Origin: Pristiophorus japonicus
Taxonomy: Eukaryota
DNA: 64,000 nt
Assembly: GCF_044704955.1 (NCBI RefSeq)
Contig: NC_091982.1
Location: 28,582,001-28,646,000, forward strand
Direction of reading: 5' to 3'
Shown here: one piece after another, positions 26,230 to 39,085 of the stretch
Layout: each line of letters starts with the position of its first letter
How positions within the stretch are numbered: position 1 is the stretch's first letter
Made by a program: the position numbers and the translations under genes
Notes under the pieces: generated by a model
The model's input: only the letters and a program-made list of their open reading frames with translations
Database searches by the model: none
Told to the model about the DNA's origin: nothing

Positions 26230-27345
26230 AGAGCTGACAAGGGCGATAAATCAGCCATTGTACACCAGAGCTGGGGCGGGGGGTTGATAATGAAAGTTTG
26301 GTTGGTACATTTTGCGGGCCCATTGCACAAGCCCGGAACTCCAAATCACATATGTTGAAAACGCTTGGTACATCCGTGGCCTGCAACTCCAACAATTGCA
26401 ATATCACTGTCTGATCAGCCTCGTCCTCCCGCCCCCGCTCCCGGAAAAATATTGTCGGGCCCCTGTTCCTCCTCATTCTCCTCCTCATCCGCCTCATGAT
26501 CGCCCTGTATAACTTGCCCCGTATGGCCGAGGTCGTCGGGCTCATCCACTTTTGCTTCTGGCATGGTGGCCGAGGTCTTGTCCTTCATTATTGGATGTCG
26601 GTGCAACATCTGCAAAATATAACAGAACAGATGAATGGTTAGCAGCAGGAGAGGGGGCAGGGTAACATGAGTAGGCTCACATATCACAGACTCATTTGAA
26701 GGACCACGACGAATGATTGTACATTGCACAAGCTGAAGCGTAGCCGACAGAGAGCACATCGCATAAACCGAAGCATAGCCGACGGAGAGTACATCGCAAA
26801 ATTTGAAGCCTAGCCCACTTGTGCCAACCCAGACTGGTTTTTGCAGGACTTATTCTCTGCAACCCCGCACTAGCTTCTGTAAGGGTGGTCGATCTTTGGG
26901 ACCGACCAATAATACCTGCGATTTTACTTTCCAAAGCTATTAGTGGGCACAGCCTTGGCGGAGCTCCACCAGTTTTCATCCGCTCTCGGTGCTTGCCGGG
27001 CACCTTCTTCTGCAAAGATGGCAACAGAAATTTTTAAGAGAGGGGCCTTCTACTGTCGTGGCACACACAGATAGTCACAATTAAAATTAAAGAAATGTTA
27101 TTGCATAAATAAAAATATTACTTGCTCTAATTGTTTGGCAAAGGTCCTGCCACTTCTTCCGGCACTGCTGGCTAGTCCTCTTGATGGACCCGAGTGAGGA
27201 AACCTGTTCTGCAATGCGTTGCCAAGCTTGAGCTATTGTTGGCTGGTTTAAGTTTACCAGGACCATTCTTGCCAATCTGGCGCATCCTCTCTCCACAGCA
27301 CCGACCAGGGTCTCATTGGCGTCTTGGTTAAACTTCCTGGCCATT
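26230..27345 (-). pseudogene. Harbinger Myb/SANT-like ORF2, exons ~27345-27126, 27009-26854, 26609 onward
   Basis: MARKFNQDANETLVGAVE...AWQRIAEQVSS...RTSQQCRKKWQDL then GCAAGT; KKVPGKHRERMKTGGA; acidic exon 3. Confidence 0.85.
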
Positions 27346-27368
27346 TTCTTTTCCGAATCAGACGTTTC

Positions 27369-27502
27369 GGGGTATGGTGAGAAAGCAGGAATGGGGTACT
27401 GAAGTTGCATGTTCAGCCATGAACTCATTGAATGGCGGTGCAGGCTAGAAGGGCCGAATGGCCTACTCCTGCACCTATTTTCTATGTTTCTATGTTTCTA
27501 TG
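27369..27502 (+). mobile_element. CR1 3' tail
   Basis: GGGGTATGG.GAGAAAGCAGG...(TTTCTATG)n. Confidence 0.9.
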
Positions 27503-28877
27503 TCATTATTTGTTTTGCGGCTCCTGTGTAGAAGTACTCACAAATCTCCTTCAAGTTACAATGGTCTTTAAAAATGACTGATCCAGACCAGGAAGTGTAC
27601 TGCGCATGTGCGGGCACACATGTCATGTGAAAAACGGGCAATTTTTTTTCCTTTTTTTACGCATGTACAGAATGGCCGTTTATTTTGAAGGTGAAAAAAA
27701 TTTGCTCCGTCCTTAAAAACGACGGTATTTTAAGGCTGCGCCAAAATTTAAAAAACTTTTGGCAAAATATAGGCCTTTTTTTTTTGCCGCTATTTCAGCA
27801 TTAAAAAATCGGCTGTTATTCGCAAATAGCACTACAAAATGGAGCTATTTTTCAATGTGGAATTTCTAGCCCCTTGTGTCTAAAAAATAGCTGAATTTTA
27901 AAAGTCGACTTGAAGATCCGCAAACGAGTGTAATTACTGGAAATTTGCCATGGTGATTAATTTGATCTGGGGCCAGTTTTGTGGGCGGGGCTATCTTGCA
28001 GTGCGATGCTTTTTAAACTAACGCAAAAGATCATGTAAACTCAATTTGCGCTGAACTTAACTCGCGCTTGAAATTCCAAGATCATTTGCATGGTTTGGCC
28101 AATTTCGGGCGAATTTATAAGTGCAACCTAACGGAAACTCTAGCCTGCAATCTTCAGTATAACTGACAAATTTTGGTGCACATTCTTAGATTATTAAAGA
28201 ATGTATGAAGTTGGCACTATGGCCTAGAAATTTGGGGGTTCAGCGCCATCCATTACCGCCAGATCCTGGCAAAAAATGGCGGCCGCCACATTATTGGAAG
28301 CTGCTGGTGGGTCTCGCAACAGTTGCCATTTTTGGCAGATCGGCAGTGCTGCTGTTGCCTGCGATCGCAGGAAGTATTTTAATCAATTATAGTGTGACGT
28401 CAACCAGCGTGCAAAACACCGCTGACTCCCGCTCATCCATTTTGGATTTAGCCGCTCCTATTGCTGCCCCCTCTAAAGCACGCCTGTGCGTGCAGCCGCT
28501 AAAAGTGTTTCAGCAGCGTTCATGGCCATGAGGGGTCTGGCTGGACTTGGCAGATTGTATACGAGGGTGGAGGCTGACAAATGGAAAACACCTCAGATGG
28601 ATGCCAGAACTTCAAATGCCTCCTTTGTCAAGGTTCTTCTTTTATACTTTCATTTTTTGCCCATGATTGGTGGGGATGGGCGGGTTGGGGGTTTGCAGGG
28701 GGTTGGTTGAATTATCTGGAGGCTTTCCAGAAGGCTACAGTGTTTGTGGTCAGTAAATAAATGGGTGAACTCCACTGCAATATTTGAAGATCATCTCTGA
28801 TAAGATCTCTTTTATTTTTATGAAAGCATCACCAGAACATCATCTCCTAACAAACCTGAACTCTACTGCTTAAGATC

Positions 28878-30214
28878 GCATTTGGAAAGCAGTGACAGCA
28901 TCGGTCCCAGTCAGCATGGAATTATGAAAGGGAAATCATGCTTGACAAATCTTTGGAATTTTTTGAGGATGCAACTAGTAGAGTGGACAAGGGAGAACCA
29001 GTGGATGTGGTGTATTTAGACTTTCAAAAGGGCTTTGACAAGGTCCCACATAAGAGATTGGTGTGCAAAATCAAAGCACATGGTATTGGGGGCAATGTAC
29101 TGGCGTGGATAGAGAATTGGTTGGCAGACAAGAAGCAGAGAGTCGGAATAAACGGGTTCTTTTCGGAATGAGAGCCAGTGAGTAGTGGAGTGCCACAGGG
29201 CTCAGTGCTGGGACCCCAGCTATTTACAATATACATTAATGATTTGGATGAAGGAATTGAATGTAATATCTCCAAGTTTGCAGAGGACACTAAACTGGGT
29301 GGTGGTGTGAGCTGTGAGGAGGATGCTAAGAGGCTGCATTGTGATTTGGACTGGTTAGGTGAGTGGGCAAATGCATGGCAGATGCAGTATAATGTGGATA
29401 AATGTGAGGTTATCCACTTTGGTGGCAAAAACACAAAGGCAGAATATTATCTGAATGGTGGCAGATTAGGAAAAGGGGAGGTGCAAAGGGACCTGGATGT
29501 CATGGTTCATCAGTCATTGAAAGTTGGCATGCAGGTACAGCAGGTGGTGAAGAAGGCAAATGGCATGTTGGCCTTCATAGCTAGGGGATTTAAGTATAGG
29601 AGCAGGGAGGCCTTACTGCAGTTGTACAGGGCCTTGGTGAGGCCTCACCTGGAATATTGTGTTCAGTTTTGGTCTCCTAATCTGAGGAAGGACGTTCTTG
29701 CTATTGAGGGAGTGCAGCAAAGGTTCACCAGACTGATTCCAAGGATGGCTGGACTGACATATGAGGAGAGACTGGATCAACTGGGACTTTATACACTGGA
29801 GTTTAGAAGGATGAGAGAGGATCTCATAGAAACGTATAAGATTCTGACGGAACGGGACAGATTCGATGCAAGAAGAATGTTCCCGATGTTGGGGAAGTCC
29901 AAAACCAGGGGACACAGTGTTAGGATACGGGGTAGGCCATTTAGGACTGATATGAGGAAAAACTTCTTCACGAAGAGAGTTGTTAACCTGTGGAATTCCC
30001 TGTCACAGAGAGTTGTTGATGACAGTTCATTGGATATATTCAAGAGGGAGTTAGATATGGCCCTTAGGGCAAAAGGGATCAAGGGGTATGGAAAGAAAGC
30101 AGGAAAGGGGTACTGAGGGAATGATCAGCCATGATCTTATTGAATAGTGGTGCAGGCTCGAAGGGCCGAATGGCCTACTCCTGCACCTATTTTCTATGTT
30201 TCTATGTTTCTATG
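28878..30214 (+). mobile_element. CR1 LINE, 5'-truncated, comparatively young (312-aa open stretch)
   Basis: YLDFQKGFDKVPH, SGVPQGSVLGP, SKFAEDTKL (catalytic FADD altered), LVRPHLEYC; (TTTCTATG)n tail. Confidence 0.97.
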
Positions 30215-30552
30215 TAAGGCGTTATACTTAATTTATTCAAAATTCCATAACCAATTATTTAACAAATAATTATTTTGTGTCGAGTATGTAAGATCCACTA
30301 AAAGCTGGCACGGTTACTATATATTTAACCACTTTCAAGAGTAACCATTGGGGAACGATTAGTGTTGCAGAGAATGCAGATTCATTCATTTCATGAACTA
30401 TTAAAAGATCAATAAACATCGGGTGGCACGTAATATTTTTGTCGCAAGTCCGGCAACTGCTCCCTACATGGCCGACAGGTCCATTCCTTTCTTCCCCGTT
30501 CCCCTTCACCATAAGCGGGAGAGAGACATGACCTTCAGCCTCTGGCTGAGAT

Positions 30553-31160
30553 TCATCATCACCCTCACAAGTGGTCCCTTGTATCAAGGATGACTTGCTT
30601 CCATGCCAAAAAGGGATCACAGGTGTTTCAATAAAGAACCTAATATTTCAGGTCCTGAACTACATCCTGAAGGGTGAAAGATGCTTGTGCGTGCATTTTT
30701 TAACGTGTGGTGGTCGTTGCACACCAGCCACCACACGGGCTTGACAGAGCTAGGTCTTGGTCCAGTGGCAATGATTACCCAAGACAACTGGAGACCTGCT
30801 CTGCTGCACGGACCTAGTGCGCACACGTATTGCAGTGTGGGCTGGTCCGTGCTGTTCCTGGGCCCCCGGCCCCGAACTCGCACCTCCCCTGGTCCCCGAT
30901 CACGTCCCTCCACAGTCTCTCGCTGCTCCTTTGCCCTGACCTCGCTGCTCCTGCTGTATCTGCCCACGCTCCAATCACCAACCTGGACCTTGATGACATC
31001 ACTCTTCACAGCCTTCGCCCTCCTGCACCAGCTCGTGTTGTACCTTGTAGTGGTACCCCTCCACACTGCCCATGGCTGCTGCTCGCTCCTTTTATGGCCC
31101 CAACCTGCCGCTGATGTTCCCTCGCAGGTCAGGGCCCACGCTGCCCATGGCCGCCGCCAC
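30553..31160 (-). mobile_element. Non-autonomous RTE-tailed retroelement (SINE-like)
   Basis: Minus-strand TGGAAGCAAGTCATCCT matches the RTE 3' end near 12432; (TGA)n tail; GC-rich body without RTE coding sequence. Confidence 0.7.
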
Positions 31161-31218
31161 TGAATAGCTGCCAAATGCTCTTCCTGACCCTTGAATAAAG
31201 GGGTCACATTGGGATCTT

Positions 31219-31697
31219 TTGACTCGCACCAAGTCACGATCGCCCATCACCCCTGTGCTTTCTGACCTACATTGGCTCCCGGTTAAACAATGTTTCGGTT
31301 TCAAAATTCTCATTCTTGTTTACAAATCACTCCATGGATGTAATCTTTTTCAGCCTCACAACCACACAAGATGTCTGCGCTCCTCAAATTCTGGCCTCTT
31401 GAACATCCCCCATGATAACTGCTCAACCATCGGTAGCCGTGCCGTTAGCTGTTTGGGCCTCAAGCTCTGGAACTCCCTCCCTAAACCTCTCCGCCTCTCT
31501 ACCTCTCTTTCCTCCTTTTAAGACGCTCCTTAAAACCTACCTCTTTAAACAAGCTTTTGGTCATCTGCCTTAATTTCCTCTTCGGTGGCTCAGTGTAAAT
31601 GTATCTGTTTTGTCTTGTAACACTGTTGTGAAGTGCCTTGGGATGTTTTACTACGTTAAAGGCGTTATATAAATAAAAGTTATTATTGTTATTATTA
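31219..31697 (+). mobile_element. L2 LINE 3' end
   Basis: SPITPVLSDLHWLPV...FKILILVYKSLHG...KLWNSLP; (TTA)n tail. Confidence 0.9.
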
Positions 31698-31861
31698 TCC
31701 TCCCACAGAAAGGATTTAAAAAAAAGAGTTGTTTTAAATGTAGTTTAGTAGCATATTGTTAAGAAAAAAATGAGCTAGCTTTCAGTTGTTTCGTCGTAGA
31801 CTGAAAATAATAATCAATTCAGTAGCTTGTCTCTGAAATCGACAAATACCACACACCCATT

Positions 31862-32014
31862 GGGGGTGAAATATGTCTTCATCAGTAGCGCAAAATGGCC
31901 GATGGCAACCCAATTTACACCATGCCCAATTTTCTTTTCCATTTTGAATGTAAAATGAGCTGGCAATGCTCCCGTGTCCATTTTGTGCTATTGCCGAAGG
32001 CAAATTTCATCCCC
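31862..32014. mobile_element. 153-bp Harbinger-type MITE
   Basis: 19-bp TIRs matching 16/19 (GGGGGTGAAATATGTCTTC); TSD ATT/ATT. Confidence 0.8.
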
Positions 32015-32177
32015 ATTGTGTTGGATGTTTTTTCTTCTCTTTACGACTGTAAACAGTTAGGATTAAAGCAGTTAGAGACACCTAAAAAGCACAGTCTTCT
32101 CGTTGTAATAGGGAAACTGCTCAATCAGAAAGATCCCAGAAAAGGCAGGCTCAAAGAGTCAGAAGAGAAAGGACTTA

Positions 32178-32786
32178 GGGCTGGATTTTCGGGCTTCTAC
32201 CGCCCCTCTTAGCATCCTGGAGGGGCGACAATGGCGGTGGTAAGCATTTCTGGGCGGGTGCCCAGCTTCCAGCGCCCCGCCGGGACACTCGGTGCCAGTT
32301 TCGAGGGGGCACGGAGCATTAGCACCAGAAATGGCGAGCAGGTGTGCAATACCCCTGGTTGCGACACCGGCTTAATTTTTGGCTGCCGCCCGACTCATAG
32401 TGCTCCGTAGCGCGCCCTGCTGGGACTGCCTGTGGAAGCTGATGTTCCAAGCTGTAGCGGCCGCAGTGAGGTAAGTAATGTCGACCTCAGATAAGTGTGA
32501 TTGTTTTTTGGAGGATTTATGTTGTGGTGGCGTGAGTTATGTATTGGGAATGTTTTTGGTGTTTTTTTTCCCCAAGCCCTCTTTTATGGCGCTCCGAGGC
32601 TGGCTGTTTTGTTCAGGATTTTCGCTTGCTCAGCTGGCCGAGCGCCCTAAAAGAGGTGTGCGACGCCTCCCTTAGTGCTCCACTCCAAACTCCGGGCCCA
32701 ACTAACGCAATCCATTTGCCACTGCAAAATTTACCGCCCTACCCGGGACAATGCAGTAAAAGAGGCGTGACCAAATTTCCACCCCC
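32178..32786. mobile_element. Harbinger-type MITE
   Basis: GGGCTGGATTTTCG ... CAAATTTCCACCCC; CpG-rich body in an AT-rich context. Confidence 0.6.
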
Positions 32787-33911
32787 TTCGTCTGTTTTAT
32801 GTCAAACAAGATGACCCACTGAAATGGGGTTTCTGCATTATTGCAAGCTTTTACATGGAGTTACATTGTTGTGATTGAACTAAGTGAATCTGAAAATAAC
32901 TACTGCTTTGTATGTTCACCCTACTGTGAACAATAAAGCAGCATATGAATTCAAACTAAACCTTCCCTCATGTGGTATTAGCTTGGTGCTTCTTTGGAAA
33001 GATTGAAGAAATTCAGGTGCAAAAGAGGGTTCATTCCCGATCACAAGAGAACGCTATTGTTATATCCCTGGGTTATGCTATTGTACAAGTAGATTGATGG
33101 CACTATAATTCAACTCCCATAAATGTAAGATGCTCAGATCACCTTACGGAACAACTGACACTGCTGAAACTGAATTTGGAGTAAAAAGGAAAAATAGAAT
33201 AGAGAATATGTAATGTTAGCTCTATAACGTGATAAATAAATCTACTCATGAAGCTAACCATTATCCGCAAATCACTTGTCATTCATAACTTATTCAATAC
33301 ACTCGCCCCTGAGCAAAAAGCGCTGGTATCCTTGATGTATTCCACTTCTAATTCTTGTCTTGGAAAATGCTTGCAACTAAACAAACAGTGAATTTGAATG
33401 GTCTTTTTAGCTCAAGAAATGAGCCAATATTGGGCTATTTGCCATTTTGCTATTGTGGAGTCATGCGGGTGAAATAGGATTTTTAAGTCTCTTGGTATTT
33501 CTCCTTGAATAAATTCTTAAGTACATAAGAGTTTTTAGAATCAAGTAAAAAGCCATCAAGCCCAACATGCACTCCTCTGTTCATCCATTCACACTGCCTA
33601 CTTGCCTTCTCACCAAATCCCTCAGCCTGTTCTCTCCAGAAAAAAACGTCTAATTGTGCCTTGAACCCATTTAAATTGTCCAGGTCAGTGGCTTTTCCTC
33701 AAGTGTAGGGTGAAAAGGTTCCACCTGACATCACTTCTTACTCCTAACTTCCTGATATTTAATGTGTGCCTCCTATTCATAACATAGCTTTGGGCAGAGA
33801 AAGAGTACACTGCTGTAGCTCTGTTTTTTTGACTGACTTTACCTCTGAGCATGGGCTGCATGTTGGTAGTCAGGGCATTTGCCTCAATAAGCCTAATACA
33901 AAAATGTTCAC

Positions 33912-34545
33912 ATAGGATTACATAGGATATATGGCACAGAAACAGGCCATTCGGCGTTTATGCTCTACTCTAGCCTTCTCCAGCCTTTCCTCATCTAAAT
34001 CTATCATCGTTACCCTCTATTCCCTTCTCCCTCATATGCTTGTCTAGCCTCCCCTTAAATGGATCTACACTATTTGCTTCAATCACTCCCTGTGGTAGCA
34101 AGTTCCACATTCTCACCACTCTTTGGGTAAAGAGGTTTCTTCTGAATTCCCTTTTGGATTTGTTGGTGACTATCTTATATTGATGGCCTCTAGTTATGCT
34201 CTTCCCCACAAGTGGAAACATTGGGCTGAAAATTCCGACCTAGCCGGGTCCGTGCGAAGTGTGCACGGACCCGACGAGGCCTCGCAAAAGCCGGTTTTCG
34301 GAGCACGATGCACGGCTTTTCTGATCTGTCCCACGTGACTCCAGCTTGTACGTACATACCTGAAAGGCATCTCCCCGTGCCCTGCGCAGCGAATCTTGGC
34401 CTCTGACTGGAATGTCTACGTTCCTCCGGGACCACCAGGTACTTTCAGAGATTTTTTCGGGTCTGAGTTGTTCGTACGAAGGAAGCCTCTGACCTCAATG
34501 TTCCCCCCAGTCTCTCTGTATCCACTCTTATCAAAACCTTTCACG
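33912..34545 (-). mobile_element. CR1 3' fragment split by a MITE at 34223-34508
   Basis: RRNLFTQRVVRMWNLLP; CR1 sequence resumes after 34508; MITE begins GGGCTGAAAATTCCG; flanks ATT/AGT. Confidence 0.8.
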
Positions 34546-34922
34546 TAAGTGTCATGGTCAGGTCAGGGATTTCAAATCCATGCCATATAGTCACAATTTA
34601 ACTAAAAATAAAAAGAAGTCTAATGGAGCTCACTGATTTAATAATCCATACTTTATTGATGCCCTGTATTATTTATATTTATAATAGTTCATTTATCTTT
34701 CTTTTTGAATCACATCATAATGTTTCCCAAATGCTTTCATCTTTTTGAGAGCCTTTTTCTTTTCTTAATGACATGCCCATAATTCTAACCCTCAGTGAGT
34801 GGGGGCGGGTGAGGGCAAGAGCAAAATGCATGTGCTGGCTTAAGTTTAAAGCCCAGGATATTTAAGTTTGTCCAGCGCCAAAGGAGGCCTTACCGGCAAG
34901 CAGGTAAGTAGTATAAAGGAGG

Positions 34923-35075
34923 TCATTTAATCTCTACTGCCTTGCAGCCTATCGCACGCCATCCCTTTTGTTCTTTCCTCCCTTCCACCCTTTCCCTGCC
35001 TCTGCACTTGCTTATAAATCTGTTACATCTCTAACTTATTCCCATTCCGACGAAAGGTCATTTATCTGAAACATT
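34923..35075 (+). mobile_element. Penelope-like pLTR fragment with degenerate hammerhead core, continuing at 39658-39731
   Basis: CCGACGAAAGGTCATTTATCTGAAACATT, then after the insertion GTTAACTCTG...CAGATGCTACCTGACC; same family as 11142-11278. Confidence 0.7.
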
Positions 35076-35966
35076 GGCTGGAATTTTCTGGGGTCCGAGT
35101 GGATGGGAATGGAGGCAGATCGGATGGGAAATTTGAAAAATGTGGGAGCGGCTCAGGAACCCACTGTCAGCTCGCCCCACACTCCTTTCCCTCGGGCGTG
35201 TTTGCTGGTATGGCAACAACCTGAGCGGCTGAGGCGGGTGACCTATTTCAAATCATTATCGCCTTGTTTACAGACACTGAGGAGCCTTTTCCCCCCTACA
35301 TTTTTCATTTACCTGGATGGCCACGGGAACCACACTGCTTGGGAGCCACGTCTGTCAATCTGAAGTGGGAAGTGAGTGGCCATTGATCCAGCTGATTAGA
35401 TGACAGCATGAAATGTACAGTGAAAGCTCCCACCTGACAGATGATCATTTTCCTCAGGCCGAAGCCTGTTGCTCACTGCATTCCAAGCACAGATTCTGCA
35501 GGCTGCAAGTGTTAACAGCAAAGTCTCCATCCAGTGTCAAGAACCTCTGTCGTCATTGACAGATTGCCTCTGTCATCTGTACTTCACCTGCCATCTATTC
35601 CATCAACATGGGTGCCGGTTATACTGTCTCACCTTGATCCTCAGAATCGGACCAACATCAGCAGCACCAGGCACACCAGCAGCACCAACAACAACAACAC
35701 CAACCTTCTCCGTAATCACCTGATGCTGCACAGGACAGAGGGCATCAGCACCTGAGCACATTGCTGCTCGGAAGGCCAGGGATGGCCTCATCATGGCAGA
35801 TTTACTTTACTTTACCCATATAGCTGCCACATGATACGCCAGGTTGGTACCACCCCACACCAGCACCATAAAGCATCTCTGCAATGTCCAAGCCATTCCT
35901 TTCACACTCACCACCATAGCTGGAGGTACCGTTATGTCTCACCATTCACTGCAACTCACTAAGCCA

Positions 35967-37477
35967 CTTGGTGATCATTTTCCAACAGTCTATCGACTCT
36001 AGATCAGTTGCTATGGACTGGAAGGTAGCTAATGCAACACCACTTTTTAAGAAAGGAGGGAGAGAGAAAACGGTTAAATATAGACCGGTTAGCCTGTCAT
36101 CAATAGTGGGGAAAATGTTGGAATCAGTTATTAAGGATGAAAAAGCAGCGCATTTGGAAAGCGGTGACAGGATCAGTCCAAGTCAGCATGAATTTATGAA
36201 AGGGAAATCATGCTTGACAAAACTTCTAGAATTTTTTGAGGATGTAACTGATAGAGTGGACAAGGGAGAACCAGTGGATGTGGTGTATTTAGACTTTTAA
36301 AAGGCTTTTGACAAGGTCCCACACAAGAGATGGGTGTGCAAAATTAAAGCACATGGTATTGGGGGTATTGTACTGACATGGATAGAGAACTAGTTGGCAG
36401 ACAGGAAGCAGAGAGTTTGGATAAATGGGTCCTTTTCAGAATGGCAGGCAGTGACTAGTGGGGTGCCACAGGGTTGAGTGCTGGGACCCCAGCTCTTTAC
36501 AATATACATTAATGATTTAGATGAAGGAATTGAGTGTCATATCTCCAAGTTTGCAGATGGCACTAAGCTGGGTGGCGGTGTGAGCTGTGAGGAGGACGCT
36601 AAGAGGCTGCAGGGTGACTTGGACAGGTTAGGTGAGTGGGCAAATGCATGGTAGATGCAGTGTAATGCAGATAAATGTGAGGTTATCCACTTTGATGGCA
36701 AAAACACAAAGGCAGAATATCATCTGAATGGCGGCAGATTAGGAAAAGGGGAGATACAACAAGACCTGGGTGTCATGGTACATCAGTCATTGAAAGTTGG
36801 CATGCAGATACAGCAGGCAGTGAAGAAGGCAAATGGCATGTTGGCCTTCATAGCTAGGGGATTTTAGTATAGGAGTAGGGAGGTCTTACTGCAGTTGTAC
36901 AGGGCCTTGGTGAGTCTTCACCTGGAATATTGTGTTAGTTTTGGTCTCCTAATCTGAGGAAGGATGTTCTTGCTATTGAGGGAGTGCAGCGAAGGTTCAC
37001 CAGATTGATTCACGAGAAGGCAGGACTGATATATGAGAAGAGACTGGATTGACTGGGCCTGTATTTACTGGAGTTTAGAAGGATGAGAGGGGATCTCATA
37101 GAAACATAACATTTTGACGGGACTGGACAGGTTAGATGCAGGAAGAATGTTCCCGATGTTGGGGAAGTCCAGAACCAGGGGATATAGTCTAAGGATAAGG
37201 GATAAGCCATTTAGGACTTGATGAGGAGAAACTTCTTCATTCAGAGAGTTGTTAACTTGTAGAATTCCCAGGATGGCGTTGTTGATGCCAGTTCATTGGA
37301 TATATTCAAAAGAGAGTTAGATATGGTCCTTACAGCTAAAGGGATCAAGGGGTATGGAGAGAAAGCAGGAAAGGGGTACTGAGGTGAATGATCAGCCATG
37401 ATCTGATTGAATGGTGGTGCAGGCTCGAAGGGTCGAATGGCCTACTCCTGCACCTATTTTCTATGTTTCTATGTTTC
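35967..37477 (+). mobile_element. CR1 LINE, 5'-truncated
   Basis: WKVANATPLFKKG...YRPVSLSS, VDVVYLDF and (TTTCTATG)n tail; several stops. Confidence 0.97.
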
Positions 37478-38667
37478 CAAAGGTGCACATAAATGTGTCC
37501 AAGATGGGAAAGTGGTGAAAATAAAGATTTTTATGTTTGACAGCACATTAACAGAAACTTTGCATAAACATTGGATAAAATACCCAAGTGGCTACCCTTG
37601 TGAATCTTTTTGTGTGTCATCATACCCCTCAGGTGCTTCTAAGAGGGACTAGCCCCGTGGCTTGAGCAGAAATCGAGGCAGCCTGCTCACTTCCCTGTTG
37701 CTTAGGAGCTGGAGAGCCCCTTGCTGCACATCAGTGGGGCCATAAGGACTCACATCTATGCTGACATCCCTCCTAAAGAGGAGATGTATGAACCTCTGCC
37801 ATCTATTCTCCATACATACCCATCTATCCTCCATAGATAGCCATCTATTCTCCATAGAGACCATGTGCTTCTGTGTGTGGTGCATTAGCTGCTCCATCCT
37901 GTCCATGGAGATGAATTCCTCCATTCTCTGAACATTTGCAGACATCGCGCTCGCAAAACTTGTCAGAACCCCTTGCATTTCTTCCTCCACTTCCAGGATT
38001 GACCTCTTTCTGGATGGCCCCGAGGCTCAGCGATATATGCAGCTGAGCAAAGCTAGGAGCATCCTGCGCCCTCCAACGAAGACTGTCCATGTCTCCAACA
38101 TCTGCTCTTGCTCACTTGTGAGTTGTGAGAGACCAGGTGACAACACTATCTCACGTGGGACCCACCTAAGTGTATGTATCTGTGCTGGTTCTGGGTACGC
38201 TCATGTTTGGTGACACAGCACCCTCAGAAGCTGGAAGCTCCACTGAGAAGTCATTTTTCCCTTCCTCCTGGACCGTGAGGGGCGGTGGGGGGGGGGGCTC
38301 TTGCTAGACCTGTGGGAGAGTAAGGAGTTGAGTCAGATATGTCATATGAAAAATGGCTACAGATACTATTATGCGCATAATGATCATTCACTGGCTGCTG
38401 ACATCAGTCCCCATGAATGACTGATGTATGTCATGTAACTGTATAATATGTAATTCTGTCACCAGGTTGGTGAGATGTCCACCTCTAACCATCTCCCACC
38501 TCCAGCTGCTTGTGTGATGTTAGTTGGTATGATTGCACTAATATGAGGGTGGGTGTGAGGTGAAGCTTGTGAGATGGGGATATGATAATGTAAATAGAGA
38601 GAAAGGAATGGGTGGATATGCAAAGTATGTTGGTGTGAGTAAGGATGTGCAGAAGTAAGGTTGGATA

Positions 38668-39085
38668 AAAGAAAAAGAAAGACTTGGATTTAAATCGCGC
38701 CTTTAATGTCCACCGGACATCTCAAAGCACTTTACAACCAATGAAGTACTTTTGGAGTGTAGTAACTGTTGTAATGTAAGAAACGTGACAGTCAATTTAC
38801 ACACAAACAAGCTCCGACAAACAGCAATGTGATAATGACCAGATAATCTGTTTTTTTGTTACGTTGATTAAGCGATAAATATTGGCCAGGACACTGGGGA
38901 TAATTCCCATGCTCTCCTTCAAAATAGTGCCGTGGGATCTTTTACGTCAACTTGCGAGAGCAGATGGAGCCTTGGTTTAATGTCCCATCTGAAAGATGGC
39001 ACCTCCAACAGTGCAGTGGAGTGCCAGCCTCGATTTTTTTGTGCTCAAGTCCCTGGAGTGGGATTTGAATCTACAATCTGAAGGC
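38668..39085 (-). mobile_element. Deu-domain SINE inserted in Myb intron 1
   Basis: Reverse-complement similarity to 24991-25445. Confidence 0.85.

Larger units (their letters stand above)
25708..28145. mobile_element. Harbinger-type non-autonomous element containing a nested Myb-bearing Harbinger (~26119-27873)
   Basis: Outer TIRs GGGTAGAGTTTCCG / CGGAAACTCTAGCC (13/14); inner ends GGGAGAGAAATTT / GGAATTTCTAGCCC. Confidence 0.7.
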
